From Pristiophorus japonicus (taxonomy: Eukaryota): a stretch of DNA of 64,000 nucleotides. Made by a program: the position numbers and the translations under genes. The stretch covers positions 3,968,001-4,032,000 of the forward strand of contig NW_027252668.1 in assembly GCF_044704955.1 (NCBI RefSeq), in the 5' to 3' direction. Positions 1 through 12,851 of this stretch are shown piece after piece. Below the pieces are notes generated by a model. It worked only from the letters and a program-made list of their open reading frames with translations, was not told the origin of the DNA and ran no database searches. Position 1 is the stretch's first letter; every line of letters begins with the position of its first letter.

Positions 1-449
1 TATTTCCAAGGCCACCTCCTTCAGTACTCTGGGATGCAGTCCATCAGGCCCTGGGGATTTATCGGCCTTCAATCCCATCAATTTCCCCAACACAATTTCC
101 CGACTAATAAAGATTTCCCTCAGTTCCTCCTCCTTACTAGACCCTCTGACCCCTTTTATATCCGGAAGGTTGTTTGTGTCCTCCTTAGTGAATACTGAAC
201 CAAAGTACTTGTTCAATTGGTCTGCAATTTCTTTGTTCCCCGTTATGACTTCCCCTGATTCTGACTGCAGGGGACCTACGTTTGTCTTTACTAACCTTTT
301 TCTCTTTACATACCTATAGAAACCTTTGCAATCCGCCTTAATGTTCCCTGCAAGCTTCTTCTCGTACTCCATTTTCCCTGCCCTAATCAAACCCTTTGTC
401 CTCCTCTGCTGAGTTCTAAATTTCTCCCAGTCCCCAGGTTCGCTGCTAT
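1..449 (-). mobile_element. CR1-clade LINE ORF2 fragment (EN-RT linker)
   Basis: Nearly identical to 30043-30491 of the long minus-strand CR1 copy, which encodes ...DKSPGPDGLHPRVL... Confidence 0.9.
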
Positions 450-534
450 TGTTGGTAATTCAGTAATTGCCGTTTATGTAAAGTTTGGTAATGGGCCCAC
501 CTATCTGTTGGTAATTTTGGTAGTTACTTTTATA

Positions 535-1145
535 TAAGAACATAAGAAATAGGAGCAGGAGTAGGCCATAATCAGGGTTTGATTAGAGCAGGGAAAATGG
601 AGTACGAGAAGAAGCTTGCAGGGAACATGTTTCTATGTTTCTATACAGCCCCTCGAGCCTGCTCCGCCATTCAATAAGATCACGGCTGATCTGATCATGG
701 ACTTAGCTCCACTTCCCTGCCCGCTCCCCATAACCCTTTATTCCCTTATTGCTCAAAAATCTGTCCATCTCCGCCTTAAACATATTCAGTGTCCCAGCTT
801 CCACAGCTCTCTGGGGCAGCGAATTCCACAGATTTACAACCCTCAGAAAGAGAAATTCATCATCTCAGTTTTAAATGGGCGGCCCCTTATTGTGTGACTA
901 TGTCCTCTGGTTTTATTTTCCCCTATGAGTGGAAATATCGTCTCTGCATCCACCTTGTCGAGCCCCCTCATTATCTTACATGTTTCAATAAGATCACCTC
1001 TCATTCTTCTGAACTCCAATGAGTATAGGCCCAAACTACTCAACCTATCTTCATAAGTCAACCCCTTGATCTCTGGAATCAACCGAGAGAACTCTGAACA
1101 GCCTCCAATGGAAGTATACCCTTCCTTAAATGCGGAGACCAAAAC
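535..1145 (-). mobile_element. 5'-truncated CR1 LINE (RT C-terminus, 3' UTR, tail)
   Basis: ORF 843-1142 LGLYSLEFRRMRGDLIE is the typical CR1 ORF2 end; terminal TATGGCCTACTCCTGCTCCTATTTCTTATGTTCTTA on the minus strand. Confidence 0.9.
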
Positions 1146-2400
1146 TGTTGTGTATGTATAAAGTATGTACTGTAAGATTAGACCACTGAATGTATCTTCA
1201 CACTGTATACACTATACCTGTACCACCAGAGGGTGCTACTGGTGGAGACCTAAGGCTCACCTGCACACTGCAGGTAACCAAGTATAAAAGGGAGCGCACC
1301 TCACTGTATCCTTACTAAGGAGCTACAATAAATGAACAAAGGTCACTGTCGAGGAAATATTTAGCTTAAATTAACTCAGGCGGAGACTTTCAGAACTGCA
1401 CTTCGAGAGAATTTATTTTAAAAAGCAAGATATATCTCGGAGAGCCTGCTTGGACCGTACCAAGGCAAAACTCTGTCGTACAAGCAAATTGCACTTATCT
1501 TTATACAGAAATTGAATACAGAAATAGAAAAAGAATCTTATTCATTTGTCCTGCGAGTACAAAGGTCGTCTCGGGAGGTACACACTCTATCTGTCCTTGC
1601 AGAGTTTCTCTCTGTTCACAGTCTGATAAGCAAAGGCAAAAGGAGACTCCCTTCTAATGCCAGATGGTCACCTAATTGCATCTCTAAGTTTCAAGGCTAA
1701 AAAGCGTGGCTATTTTTCTAGTCTTATTATTTCTTTAAGCATAGCAAAAAACAGAATTTAACCCTTCCCTCTAAATTAAGCCAGGTGTTCATAGATTCTT
1801 TCTTCCACAGTCACAACAGTTCAAGTACAATACCTTACCTTGTGTTACCTTACTAGAGTGCTTACACACATAACATCTCGCGAGGAGATTATGAATTTCC
1901 ATGCACAAAATGGCTAACCTTAGCAACTTTCAACAATTCGCTGAGGGGGAAGATTGGGATGCCTTTGTGGAAAGGCTCGAACACGTTTTCATTGCAAATG
2001 ACCTGGCAGGAGACGACCCGATCTCGCTGGCTGATAAGCGCAGAGCTGTCCTGCTCAGCAGTTGTGGGCCCACAGTCCATGGCCTCGTCAGGGACCTACT
2101 AGCCCCAGTGAAGACGACAATCAAAATGTATGCAGAGCTTGTAACACAATAATACAGGAACAGCTCGAACCTAAAGAGAGCATCCTCACAGCCATACATT
2201 TGTTCTACGCCCACTGGTGGCCCGAAGGCCAAGAAATTGCAAAATATGCTGCAGACCTGAGACGAATGGCTGCACCATGTGATTTGGGCGACCCTCTCAC
2301 CGAAGCACTGAGGGACATCTTTGTTAATGGAATCAGCCATGAGTGCCTCCTCTCTGTGGACACTACGGTCACACTGCAGAAGGCAATTAAAGTGAGCCAG
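1146..2400 (+). mobile_element. Gypsy-like LTR retrotransposon 5' LTR (1146-1875, interrupted) plus degraded gag
   Basis: TGTT...AACA ends, TATAAAA and AATAAA inside; followed by gag-like MANLSNFQQFAEGEDWDAFVERLEHVFIAN...LLSSCGPTVHGLVRDLLAP, frameshifted into ...ALRDIFVNGI. Confidence 0.75.
1347..1809 (-). mobile_element. Solo LTR inserted in the Gypsy LTR
   Basis: TG...CA ends flanked by the 5-bp duplication GTCAC (1342-1346 and 1810-1814); AATAAA on the minus strand near 1412. Confidence 0.8.
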
Positions 2401-3400
2401 GTGTTTCTGGTATGTGAGAGTGGGGTTTATTCTGTACCTGTCAGTTTCTCATATCTGAGTGTGGATTTTATTCTGAACCTGTCAGTTTCTGATGTGAGTG
2501 TTGGTTTAATCTGTACCTGTCAGTTTCTGGCTTATGAGTGGTAGTTTAACTTGTAACTGTCAGCTTTTATGTATGATACATGAATATGGGCTTTATACTG
2601 TATGTGTCTCTCATATGCGAGTCTGTGTATATTTCTGTAACTGTCAGATTTAGGTATGTGTGTGGGGGTTTAATCTGTGCCTCTCAGTTTCTGGTGTGTT
2701 AGTCTGGGTTTAATCAGCACCTATTAGCTCCTGCAATTTGGGTGTATGTTTTAGACTGTATCTGTCAGTTCCTGCTATATGAGCGGGGATTTACTCTGTA
2801 TCTGCCCGTCTCTGGTATGTGAACGTGAATATCTGTTTTATGTTCTACCTGAATTTGTCTGATATGTGAGTAAAGGTTTTACCTTTCTGATAGGTGTGTG
2901 TGGGTTTCACTCTGCATCTGCCAGTTTATGAGATGGTAATATGTCTTTAGCTCAGAAACTGTCAGATTCTGCAATGCAAGTATCAGTTTTACTTTTTACC
3001 TTTGTTTTCTGACATGTGACTCTGGGATTTACACTCTACCTGTCACTCTCTGGGCGTGTGGAGTTTACTCTGTGCGTGTCACTTTCATCTATGTGGGTGT
3101 GGGTTGTAGATTGTATCTGTCAGTCTATGGTACGGGAGTGTGGGTTTTATTCTGCACCTGTCATTTTCTGGTATATTTGAGATGGCTTAATACTGAATCT
3201 CTCCTTTCCTGATATGTGATTATTGCTTTTGCTCTGTATCCGTCAGCTTCTGATATGAGAGTATGGTTTTTACTTTCTAACTTATATATTAAGGTATGTG
3301 ATTGTGTGTTTTATTCTCTACCTGCCAGTTTCTGGCAAGTGAGTGCGGGTGTTTAATCTACAGGTCAGTTTGATCTGTTTCAATGGTGAAACAGCGTCTG
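2400..3400. repeat. Degenerate ~39-bp tandem satellite
   Basis: Recurrent unit like TGTGAGTGTGGGTTTTATTCTGTACCTGTCAGTTTCTGGTA; related arrays at about 20350-20640, 22150-22870 and 41400-42740. Confidence 0.75.
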
Positions 3401-4590
3401 ATTCTACTGCTCCTTGTAAGATTCACAATGTAACTCTTGTACTGTGGATTACTGTGGGACTGACTGCTTCTGCTGCCTGTGATAATAGGATTGAGGCTAG
3501 TTCTGTGTCTCTGCGCTCTGTGAGTGATAATGTACTTACTGTGTGTGGGAAGGAGCTGCCTGCACTGGTTGACAGTCCGTGTATGCCAGCAGTGTGGATT
3601 AACACTGTGTCAGTGTCTATCTGTTTCTGTGTTTGTGAGTAAGTGAGTGAAAATGGATCTGTCTCTCAGTGCGATATGTTTGGACTTTGAAACAACATCT
3701 TATTGTACTGCTCCAAGTGATTGTGGGATTCATAATGTAACTCTGGAAATTCGGATCACTGTGGGACTGACAGCTTCTGCTGCCTATGACAATAGGATTG
3801 AGACCAGTTTTGTGTCTCTGCGCTCTGTAAGTGAAAATATACTTACTGTGAGTGAGAAGGTGCTGACAGCACTGTTCCTTGTGTTCCGGGTGGAGGAAAG
3901 ATCACATTTATTCAGGCTCAGTGAAGTACTTCTCTCTGAGAATAATAATACGAGAACAATATTAGTTATGATATGAACAGGTGAGTGGGAGACTATAAAA
4001 AGTAAAGTTATAATTAACATGTTTGTTTATAATAAAGTAAAGTATCTGGAGAGGGGAAACCACGATACAAACACCACTGGTCCATGAATAGGACCACCCG
4101 ATTGAAACAGTTCAGGTTTATATCTCCCACTCCCATGGGACTACTTGTAAAATTCTGAATCTCTTCCTGGAATATAACTATAGTACCTGGGCTGTACAAC
4201 AATTGTTTTCAGACTTTTGAAACTGAGTTGAGGGCCTGTGTAGTTAACAGAATGTCACAGAGCCCGGATCCTGATGTATCTGAGGGAGCGACAGGCTCTC
4301 GATCACCAGCAACATGGTTCTGGACAACTCAATGCACCAAAACAAAATAACCGATGCTTGAAATGTCTTCTCCCACACTCCTCACCTGGTGTCTGCAATA
4401 GATAAACTTTGTGAAACTCCTCACATCCTCACCGTCAGGCTGTTTTCCACTGTTCACTGTCCAAGAACAACAGACACGGTGAGATTGGGACTGAATCAGG
4501 AACATTCACTGCTGATTTGGGGAAAGAAAGCAGCAATAATTTGAAAGGGCGAGGTGATTTACTTTCACTGTTACCCCACACTGTATACAC

Positions 4591-4981
4591 AACTATTTTA
4601 GTAAAACAATAAATCAAGTGCCCCCTTATTAAAGGGGCATTAAAACAGACAAATTTAACTTTGGCATTAAATGGATCAAATTAAAATAGGTTCCCGGGGG
4701 TGATGATGCACTCCAGTCCCTCTGGCGCCCACCTCTCACGGAAGGCCACGAGCGTACCGGTGAACACCGCGTGCTCCATCTCCAGGGACACCCTGGCACG
4801 AACATAACCGTGGAAGAGAGGCAGGCAGTCGGGCTGAACACCCCCTCGACCGCCCGTGGCCTGGACCGGTTAATGCCTACCTTGGCCATGCCCAGGAGCA
4901 GTCCTACGAGGAGGCCTTCCGATCTGCCCGCTCCCCTCCGCACAGGGGGCCCAAAGATCAGGAGCGGGGGACTGAAGTGCA
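4591..4981 (-). mobile_element. Tx1-clade LINE 3' fragment (divergent subfamily)
   Basis: LHFSPPLLIFGPPVRRGAGRSEGLLVGLLLG matches the ORF2 C-terminus of the element at 44834-51936; ends ...AAAATAGTT. Confidence 0.85.
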
Positions 4982-5559
4982 AACGATTAACGAGTGTCAT
5001 CCTTATGCAGGAGCATTAAGCAAACTCTACCAAGTAATGTTCATTGGTTCATGTGCAACGGCCTCCGGAGAACCATGAGATGCTACTGTAAGTACTGCTT
5101 ACAACCAGAGTCATCAGAGGACCATTTTATCCTCAAGTAGAAAGTAAGAGACTGTCCACACACAGCCCGAGAATGGCCTCTCCCTTCCCCCACTCACTCC
5201 ATGTTCCGGAACTAGTTCCTGCTCCACTCTGCCGCTGACAAACAAACAGCCCCCGACGGAATTAAACCAGGAACGTTCACTCCTGGTTAGGAGAGAGAAA
5301 GCAGCAATGATTGTAAACAGCAGATTCTGCCCATTCTGTCTCCCTTCCCCCTGGACACACATTGTCCACACACAGCCCGAGAATGGCCTCTCCCTCCCCC
5401 GACTCACACCACGCACTGACACTGGTTCTTGCTCCACTCCGCCTCTTCCACACAGCCCCTGAACTCCCCCCTGAATCAGTGCCGGTCTCTGAGCCCATCT
5501 GCGGACACGCTCCCAAAGCGCTGCGCTGCGCTGCTGTAAGGAGGCTGCTGCTCGCTGCC

Positions 5560-5730
5560 TTACCCTGGGGCCGCGGGCTCTCCATTCCCGGCTGTTTGAA
5601 ACCATTTTCTTTCGCTCACTGAGTGAATGTCGATCACAGGCAGGGCTGGGGGAGGGGAGGGCGCATGCGTTCTTCTGCACACTGGGAATCGACACAGGGG
5701 GCGGGGCTGAGCCGCGCATGCGCAGATCTC
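5560..5730 (-). promoter_or_regulatory. GC-rich promoter/first exon, paralogue of 43130-43300
   Basis: GCGCATGCG(C) NRF1-type palindromes at about 5661 and 5714-5723; minus-strand donor CAGG|GTAAGG at 5563. Confidence 0.5.
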
Positions 5731-6029
5731 TGCAATAATTCAGCCTGTAAAAATCAAAGTGCACCTTTCCCAATTTACTTTTATCAGAATCTGACAAAGG
5801 AACTGGGCCTGGGGGAAAGGACAGAGAATGATTCAAGCTGGGAGCCTTGTCCCTTGGAGATGCTCAATTTGGGATCATTCCGTGCAGGGTGTTTCTCTCT
5901 CCATGAGCCCGTCTTCACAAAGCAATCCTGCAGAAACATCGGAGCGACGAGGGAGTGGGAGTGTTTGCTGGGACCGTGCAGGAGTTAATATCTGACAGAA
6001 AGAGTCCGAGATTAGTTTAAACACTCTCA

Positions 6030-7825
6030 CTGTGAGTAATATCGAAGTGTACAATCAAGAGGTTATAGGTAGGGAGGAACTTATTACAATCACTGTCACT
6101 AATGAAGTAGTACTCGGTAAAATAATGGGACTAAAGGTGAACAGGTCCCCTAGGCCTGATGGCTGACATCCTGTGGTCTTAAGAAATGTGGCTGTAGAGA
6201 TAGTGGATGCATTGTTTGTAATCGACCAAAATTCCCTGGATTCTGGGGAGGTCCTAGCAGATTGGAAAATTGCAAATGTTCAAAAAAGGAGGCAAACAAA
6301 AAGCAGGAAACTATAAACCAGTTAACCGAACATCTGTTGTTGTGAAAATGCTGGAGTCCATTATTAAGGAAGCAGTAGCAGGACATTTGGAAAAGCATGA
6401 TTCAATCAAACAGTGTCAGCATGGTTTTATGAAAGGGAAATCATGTTTGATAAATTTGCTGGAGGTCATTGAGGATGTAACAAGCACGGTAGATAAGGGG
6501 CAGCCTGTGGACGTGGTGTATTTGGATTTCCAGCAGGCATTCGATAAGGTGCCACATAAGTGGTTACTGCACAAGATAAAAGCTCATGGGATTGGGAGCA
6601 ATATATTAGCATGGATAGAGAATTGGCTAACTAACAGAAAACAGAGAGTCAGGATAAATGGGTCATTTTATGGTTGGCAAACAGTGATGAGTGGGGTGCC
6701 ACAGGGATCGGTGCTGGGTCCTCAACTATTTACAATCAATATTAATGACTTGGATGAACGGGCCGAGTTTAATTTCGCCAAGTTTGCTGATGATACAAAG
6801 ATGGGTGGGAAAGCAAATTGTGATGAGGACACAGTAGATATGCAAAGGGATCTCGACAGGCTAAGTAAGTGTGCAAACATTTGGCAGATAAGAACATAAG
6901 AACATAAGAAATAGGAGCAGGAGTAGGCCATATGGCCCCTCGAGCCTGCTCCGCCATTTAATACAATCATGGCTGATCCGCTCATAGACTCAGGTCCACT
7001 TCCAGATGGAGTATAATGTGGGAAAATGAGAGGTTATCCATTTTGGCAGAAATAATAGAAAAGAAAGTTATAATTTAAATGGAGAAAAATTGCAACGTGC
7101 AGCAGTACAGAGAGCCCTGGGGGTCCTTGTACATGAAACACAAAATGTTTGCATGCAGGTACAGCAAGTAATCAGAAAGTCAAATGGAATGTTGGCCTTT
7201 ATTGCAAGAAGGATAGAGTCCAAAAGCAGAGAAGTCCTGCTGTACAGGGTATTGGTAATGCCACACCTGGAGTACCGTGTACAGTTTTGGTCTACGTATT
7301 TAAGGAAGGATATACTTACATTGGAGGCTGTTCAGAGAAGGTTCACTCAGTTGATTCTGGAGATGAGGGGGTTGAGTTATGAGGATAGGTTTGAGTAGGT
7401 TGGATCTGTATACATTGGAGATCAGAAGAATGAGAGGTGATCTTATTGAAACTTATAAAATAATAAGGGGGCTTGACAAGGTGGATGCAGAGAGGATATT
7501 TCCACATGGGGCAACTAAAACTAGGTTACATAGTCTTAAAATAAGGGGCCGCCCATTTAAAATTGGGATGAAGAGTAATTTCTTCTCTCAGAGGGTTGTA
7601 CATCTATGGAATTATCTGCCCCAGACAACTGTGAAGGCTGTGTCATTGAATATATTTAAGGCGGAGATAGACAGATTTTTGATCGATAAGGGAGTAAATG
7701 GTTATGGGGAGGGAGCAGGGAAGTGGAGCTGAGTCCATGATCAGATCAACCGTGATCTTATTGAATGGCAGAGCAGGCTCGAGGAGCTAAATGGCCAACT
7801 CCTGTTCCGATTTGTTATGTTCTTA
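6030..7825 (+). mobile_element. CR1 LINE RT region and 3' end, with an antisense CR1 tail nested at 6890-7002
   Basis: ORF 6270-6899 has RT motifs QHGF, YLDFQQAFDKVPH, GVPQGSVLGP and FADDT; nested tail flanked by CAGAT on both sides. Confidence 0.92.
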
Positions 7826-9388
7826 TGGCCCTGGGCTGCACGATTGCAGATAGTTCAACAGGCAAGCGAGTGATAAATGTGTGACATTGTTTCTCTCACT
7901 CTCTGACACTGTCCCGCAGTGTGGGATTAATAATGTGTCTGTCTCTGGTATAATATCAGTGAGAGAGGAGACTGCATCTTCTGTCTCTCGAATGGGAACT
8001 TTCAGAATAAAACGGGACTTCACAGGTCAGTCTGAAACTGATACTGTGCATGTCTTCTGTGTCTCACCGCCCTACCTCGCACTCTCCTGTCTCTCGCACA
8101 GCCCTCTTCCCTCTCTCTGCCTCTCTGTTGCTATCCCTCTCTCTTGTACTTTTTGTGAAGGCGGGATACTGTTATTTAGCGTGATGTGGAAACACTGTTG
8201 GAAGTGCAAGACTGATAATGTCTCTGTTTCTCTCTGGTGCAATACGTGAAGGTGTGACACTGTTACTGAGCGTATTATGGAGACACTGATACAAAGTGTA
8301 AAACTGATACTGTATCTGTCTCTGTGTCTTTTCCGCTGGTGCTGTACATTAATGTGTGATAATATTATTGAGAGTAATATGGAGACACAGTTCGGTAGTT
8401 TAAGATTGATACTGTGTCTGTCTCTCTGCCGCTCTCTCTGATAGCCATCTCTGGGTGTTGAGTATGGGATGGATAGGGCACCAATTACTGTTATATGTCC
8501 CTCATTTTCTGAGGAGAGAGAGACAAAGAGAGGCTGCAGGGGCGGTGAGCTCATAATTTGTATTTTCATGTTAGTCAAACATATTTCTGCATTCGAACAA
8601 TACAACAACTTAAAAGCAGATATGGGTTAAGCCAGCCACAGCTGTGATTGGCTCCTGCCCCTGAATCTGGGAACAGACACTGTGAGGAGCGCCGGCCTCA
8701 GAGTGTTTAACACTTACTGAGCTGGGAAACGACAACTGACCCGAGAATCGGCAGCACAGCCGAGCGGAGAGGAAAACCTGTGCTGGGAACTGTAAATCTG
8801 GGAACAGTTTGTGCTGTGAATGTGCAGATTTCAACATTGTGTGAGCGAGAGTGTGTTAAAGGGGCGGGCGTGTTAGACTAATGTCACTGTGTTTGTGTGT
8901 CCGCTCTCATCGCCGGATTTCAGAGTCCCTCTTGTGTAAAATTCAAAGATTTCCCTGTCACAGGATCGCCCTGCTGCCCTGCTCAGGCCTGAAGTGGGAA
9001 TGAATCAGAAAGTTTGATTTGCTTTCAAATTTCAGTCAAAAACAGAGAAAATATCCGCGATCGGCTGAGAGAGCGCGACCAGTGCAGCAATGAAACGGGT
9101 TTAAATCGAAATTACTGCCTTCAATTCGGATGGAACTTTCTCGGCAGCAAACATCCCGGTCTTCGGGACAGAAAGAGGCCAGTCTGGGAATGTGGAGGAA
9201 CCGAGTTGAATTGGAATCGGAGAGTTAGTGAGGAGAGAGAAACACAGAGAGGCTGGAGGGGCCGGGAGCTGACAGCAGGATGTCTCCTCCCCGTCCGCTC
9301 GCTGCCTTTAAGTTGCTCTGTGTCGCCGCCTCTCGTTTCATTTCTGACCCAGCTCTGACTGTCAGAGAGATTTTCCAGAGTCGCCGAC

Positions 9389-10066
9389 ATGACTGATACT
9401 GCAGCCGCCGAAACGGCTCCTCCTGCCGCCGTCGCTCAAACCAAGGCTCCCAGCAAGAAGAAGAAGGCGGCTCCCCGGTCCGGGCCAGCTGGTCCCAGGT
9501 TGGGCGACCAGATCCTCAAGGTTGTGGCCGATGACAAGGATCGCAGGGGAACGTCCCTGGCCGCGATAAAGAAGGCTCTGGCGGCCAAAGGCGTCGATGT
9601 GGAGAAGCGCGGCTTCCAGATCAGGTCCAGTATCAAGAAGAATGTGATGAATGGTTCCCTGAAGCAGATCAAGGGCACGGGCGCTTCGGGCTCATTCAAA
9701 ATCGCTAATACTGATTCCCAGGGGAAAGTGGGAAAGAAGGTGAAGAAGCCAGCAGCCAAGAAATCTCCAGCAAAGAAAGCAGCAGCCAAGAAATCTCCAG
9801 TAAAGAAAGCAGCAGCCAAGAAATCTCCAGTAAAGAAAGCAGCAGCCAAGAAATCTCCAGCAAAAAAAGCAGCAGCCAAGAAAACGAGCACCAAGAAGGC
9901 GCTAACGGCAAAAAAGACAGCGAAAGGGCCGGCTGGGAAGAAGGCGGCAGCGAAGAAGCCCAAGAGCCTCAAGAAAGTGAAGGCGGTCAAAAAGGTGGAG
10001 AACCCGAGGGTCAAGGCCACGCCTAAAGCAGCAAAGGCCAAGAAAGCAGCGCCCCCCAAAAAATAA
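9389..10066 (+). CDS. H1: Histone H1 (replication-dependent)
   Basis: 225-aa Lys/Ala/Pro-rich protein with winged-helix motifs ([26 protein letters not shown]) and KKSP repeats; 3' stem-loop follows. Confidence 0.95.
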   Translation: MTDTAAAETAPPAAVAQTKAPSKKKKAAPRSGPAGPRLGDQILKVVADDKDRRGTSLAAIKKALAAKGVDVEKRGFQIRSSIKKNVMNGSLKQIKGTGASGSFKIANTDSQGKVGKKVKKPAAKKSPAKKAAAKKSPVKKAAAKKSPVKKAAAKKSPAKKAAAKKTSTKKALTAKKTAKGPAGKKAAAKKPKSLKKVKAVKKVENPRVKATPKAAKAKKAAPPKK

Positions 10067-10096
10067 AAAGGCAACTTCGAAACATTTCAACCCAAA

Positions 10097-10136
10097 GGCT
10101 CTTTTCAGAGCCACCCACGCTTCTCAGAAAAGAGCT
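10097..10136 (+). terminator. Histone 3' stem-loop and downstream element (H1)
   Basis: GGCTCTTTTCAGAGCC at 10097-10112, then ACCCA and purine-rich GAAAAGAGCT. Confidence 0.95.
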
Positions 10137-10224
10137 GATCCCGGAATCAAATAATCCCTGTCCCGGGCTCAGATTCCAGATAGAAAGCATTGAAAATGAC
10201 TCCGGGATCCCTGGTGACTCGTTG

Positions 10225-10380
10225 GCATTGGCTGCACCCACCGCGCCCGCAGTGTCTGCACACACCCCTCCCTCAGTATCTGCACCCGCCCCTCCCTCAC
10301 TGTCTGCACCCGCCCCTCCCCCAGTGTCTGCACCCACCCCTCCCCCAGTGTCTGCACCCACCCCTCCCCCAGTGCCTACA
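10225..10380. repeat. 24-bp C-rich minisatellite downstream of H1
   Basis: Unit CCCCTCCCCCAGTGTCTGCACCCA repeated about 6 times; paralogue at 55530-55705. Confidence 0.85.
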
Positions 10381-11033
10381 ATAAAACACAGAGAATGGGA
10401 TGTCCAGCCCGGGCCTCACTGTAACTGGGGTTTGAGTACGGCTCCAGTCTCAGTTACTGGTCATTGTCATTTCACAGATTCAGGGGGAAGAGTCTCTGTG
10501 AGACGATGGGACTGGCGGCGATATCTCGCCTCACAACTCAAACCCCAAACTCCAGATTCTCAAAATCAGCTGGAATAAGGTGTTTGTAAAGTGCTGAACC
10601 GGTCTGTGAGAGGAGATGGAATAAGGTCTGAGATTGACAGGGAACGGACTATATAGGCGGGAATATTCCTGATTGTTAATTGTACCAGGACCTTATTTAA
10701 AAGCTTCTGGTCCCTGGAAGCCTTGAATATGAATTCCGAGTCTGTAAGGGTTTGTGCGGAGCGCTGTGTATCGGTTGTATTGTGGAGAAAACAATTTGAA
10801 ATTGGCGGTTGCAGAAAGCTGGAGGTGGAGCTGGAAGATCAGAGGCGGCGCTCTGCTCTGTCTCTCAATCTTGATTCTGTCTCCTTCCCTGCCGCGCTCT
10901 CTGTTTAACCTCTCACTCTGTCTCCTCCCCTTCCCGCCTCTCTCACTCTGCGCTTTCTGAGTCAGGTCGGGGCCGGCTCTATAAAAAAGGAGCCAGGAGG
11001 AGTTGGTTCCTCATTCAGCGACAGTTTGAGTGA

Positions 11034-11354
<321 letters not shown>

Positions 11355-12078
11355 ACAACTCCACCCTTTCCACCCAGCACAACACCACCCACCGCCTCAC
11401 AGAGAGAGCAGTGACCTGGGAATGGGTGTGTGGACAATTTGGGTGGGAATTTATTTTAGTTATTTATTTAATGGAAAGTAACACGCCGAGTTATGTAGCG
11501 CCTTACACGGCCATCGAACTTGTCAAAACCAATAAAGTACTTTTGCAGTGTAGTCGCTTTAGGAATATGGGAATTATTAAATATTTTAGAACAATAGTTT
11601 AATATGAGATCAGAAACTCCGGGTGTCCCGGTCACAATCAGCGGGCGGGGATACACAGTCTCCCCTCACAGATAATCCTGTTATGTTGTGAGCTTTGTGT
11701 AAGAATCGGTGAAGCGGGACGGCAGTGGCGGGACGGATGCGGGACTTTGTGTTTACAGGATGCAGTGACCGGGTAATTATTCCCGCCCGCTACAGACCCA
11801 TCAGGGAATGGGACAGAATTAAAACCGGAATGTTAAAGAGAATGGGATTGGTGATTTATAATGGGGCACCATCGAGGTTATAAAGAGCCGAATTCTTAAA
11901 TTGCTGGCGGGAAATTAGAGTTTCTTTAATCTCTGTTCGTTGAGACTCTGAAATTGGCGGGCTGTTTGAAATTGACGAACTTGTCAGTTTCATTTCAGTC
12001 AATCATGGCCCAGTAATCCCCGCCCTTCCCTTTCGCTCTCGGTGATTGATTGAAACATGATTGGCGGTCGGGTTATGA

Positions 12079-12582
<504 letters not shown>

Positions 12583-12851
12583 ACTCCCCCTGCCCGGGCT
12601 CTAAGCTTTCGCACCAAGTGCAACAACGGCTCTTTTCAGAGCCACCAAATCAGCAAAGGAAAGAGCTCCGACCGGCTCCAGGCAAACTGTCCTGTGTACA
12701 CACCGTGCTCGTCTTGTGTTACTACAACTGGGGCTTTATGTAGTGCAGGCGGTGATTATCTGGCTTTGATCCAGGTATCAATGCGAGTCAGAAGCCCAGT
12801 ATACCGACTGCACCCGCCCAATGTGGGGCGCTAACTATAAGTGGGAGATGT

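Noticed and set aside
3990-4590. Possible exon remnants in unique-looking sequence
   Set aside because: No recognisable protein motif or consistent splice structure.
9436-10074. Antisense ORFs over H1 and the other histone genes
   Set aside because: Shadow ORFs caused by biased codon use on the sense strand.
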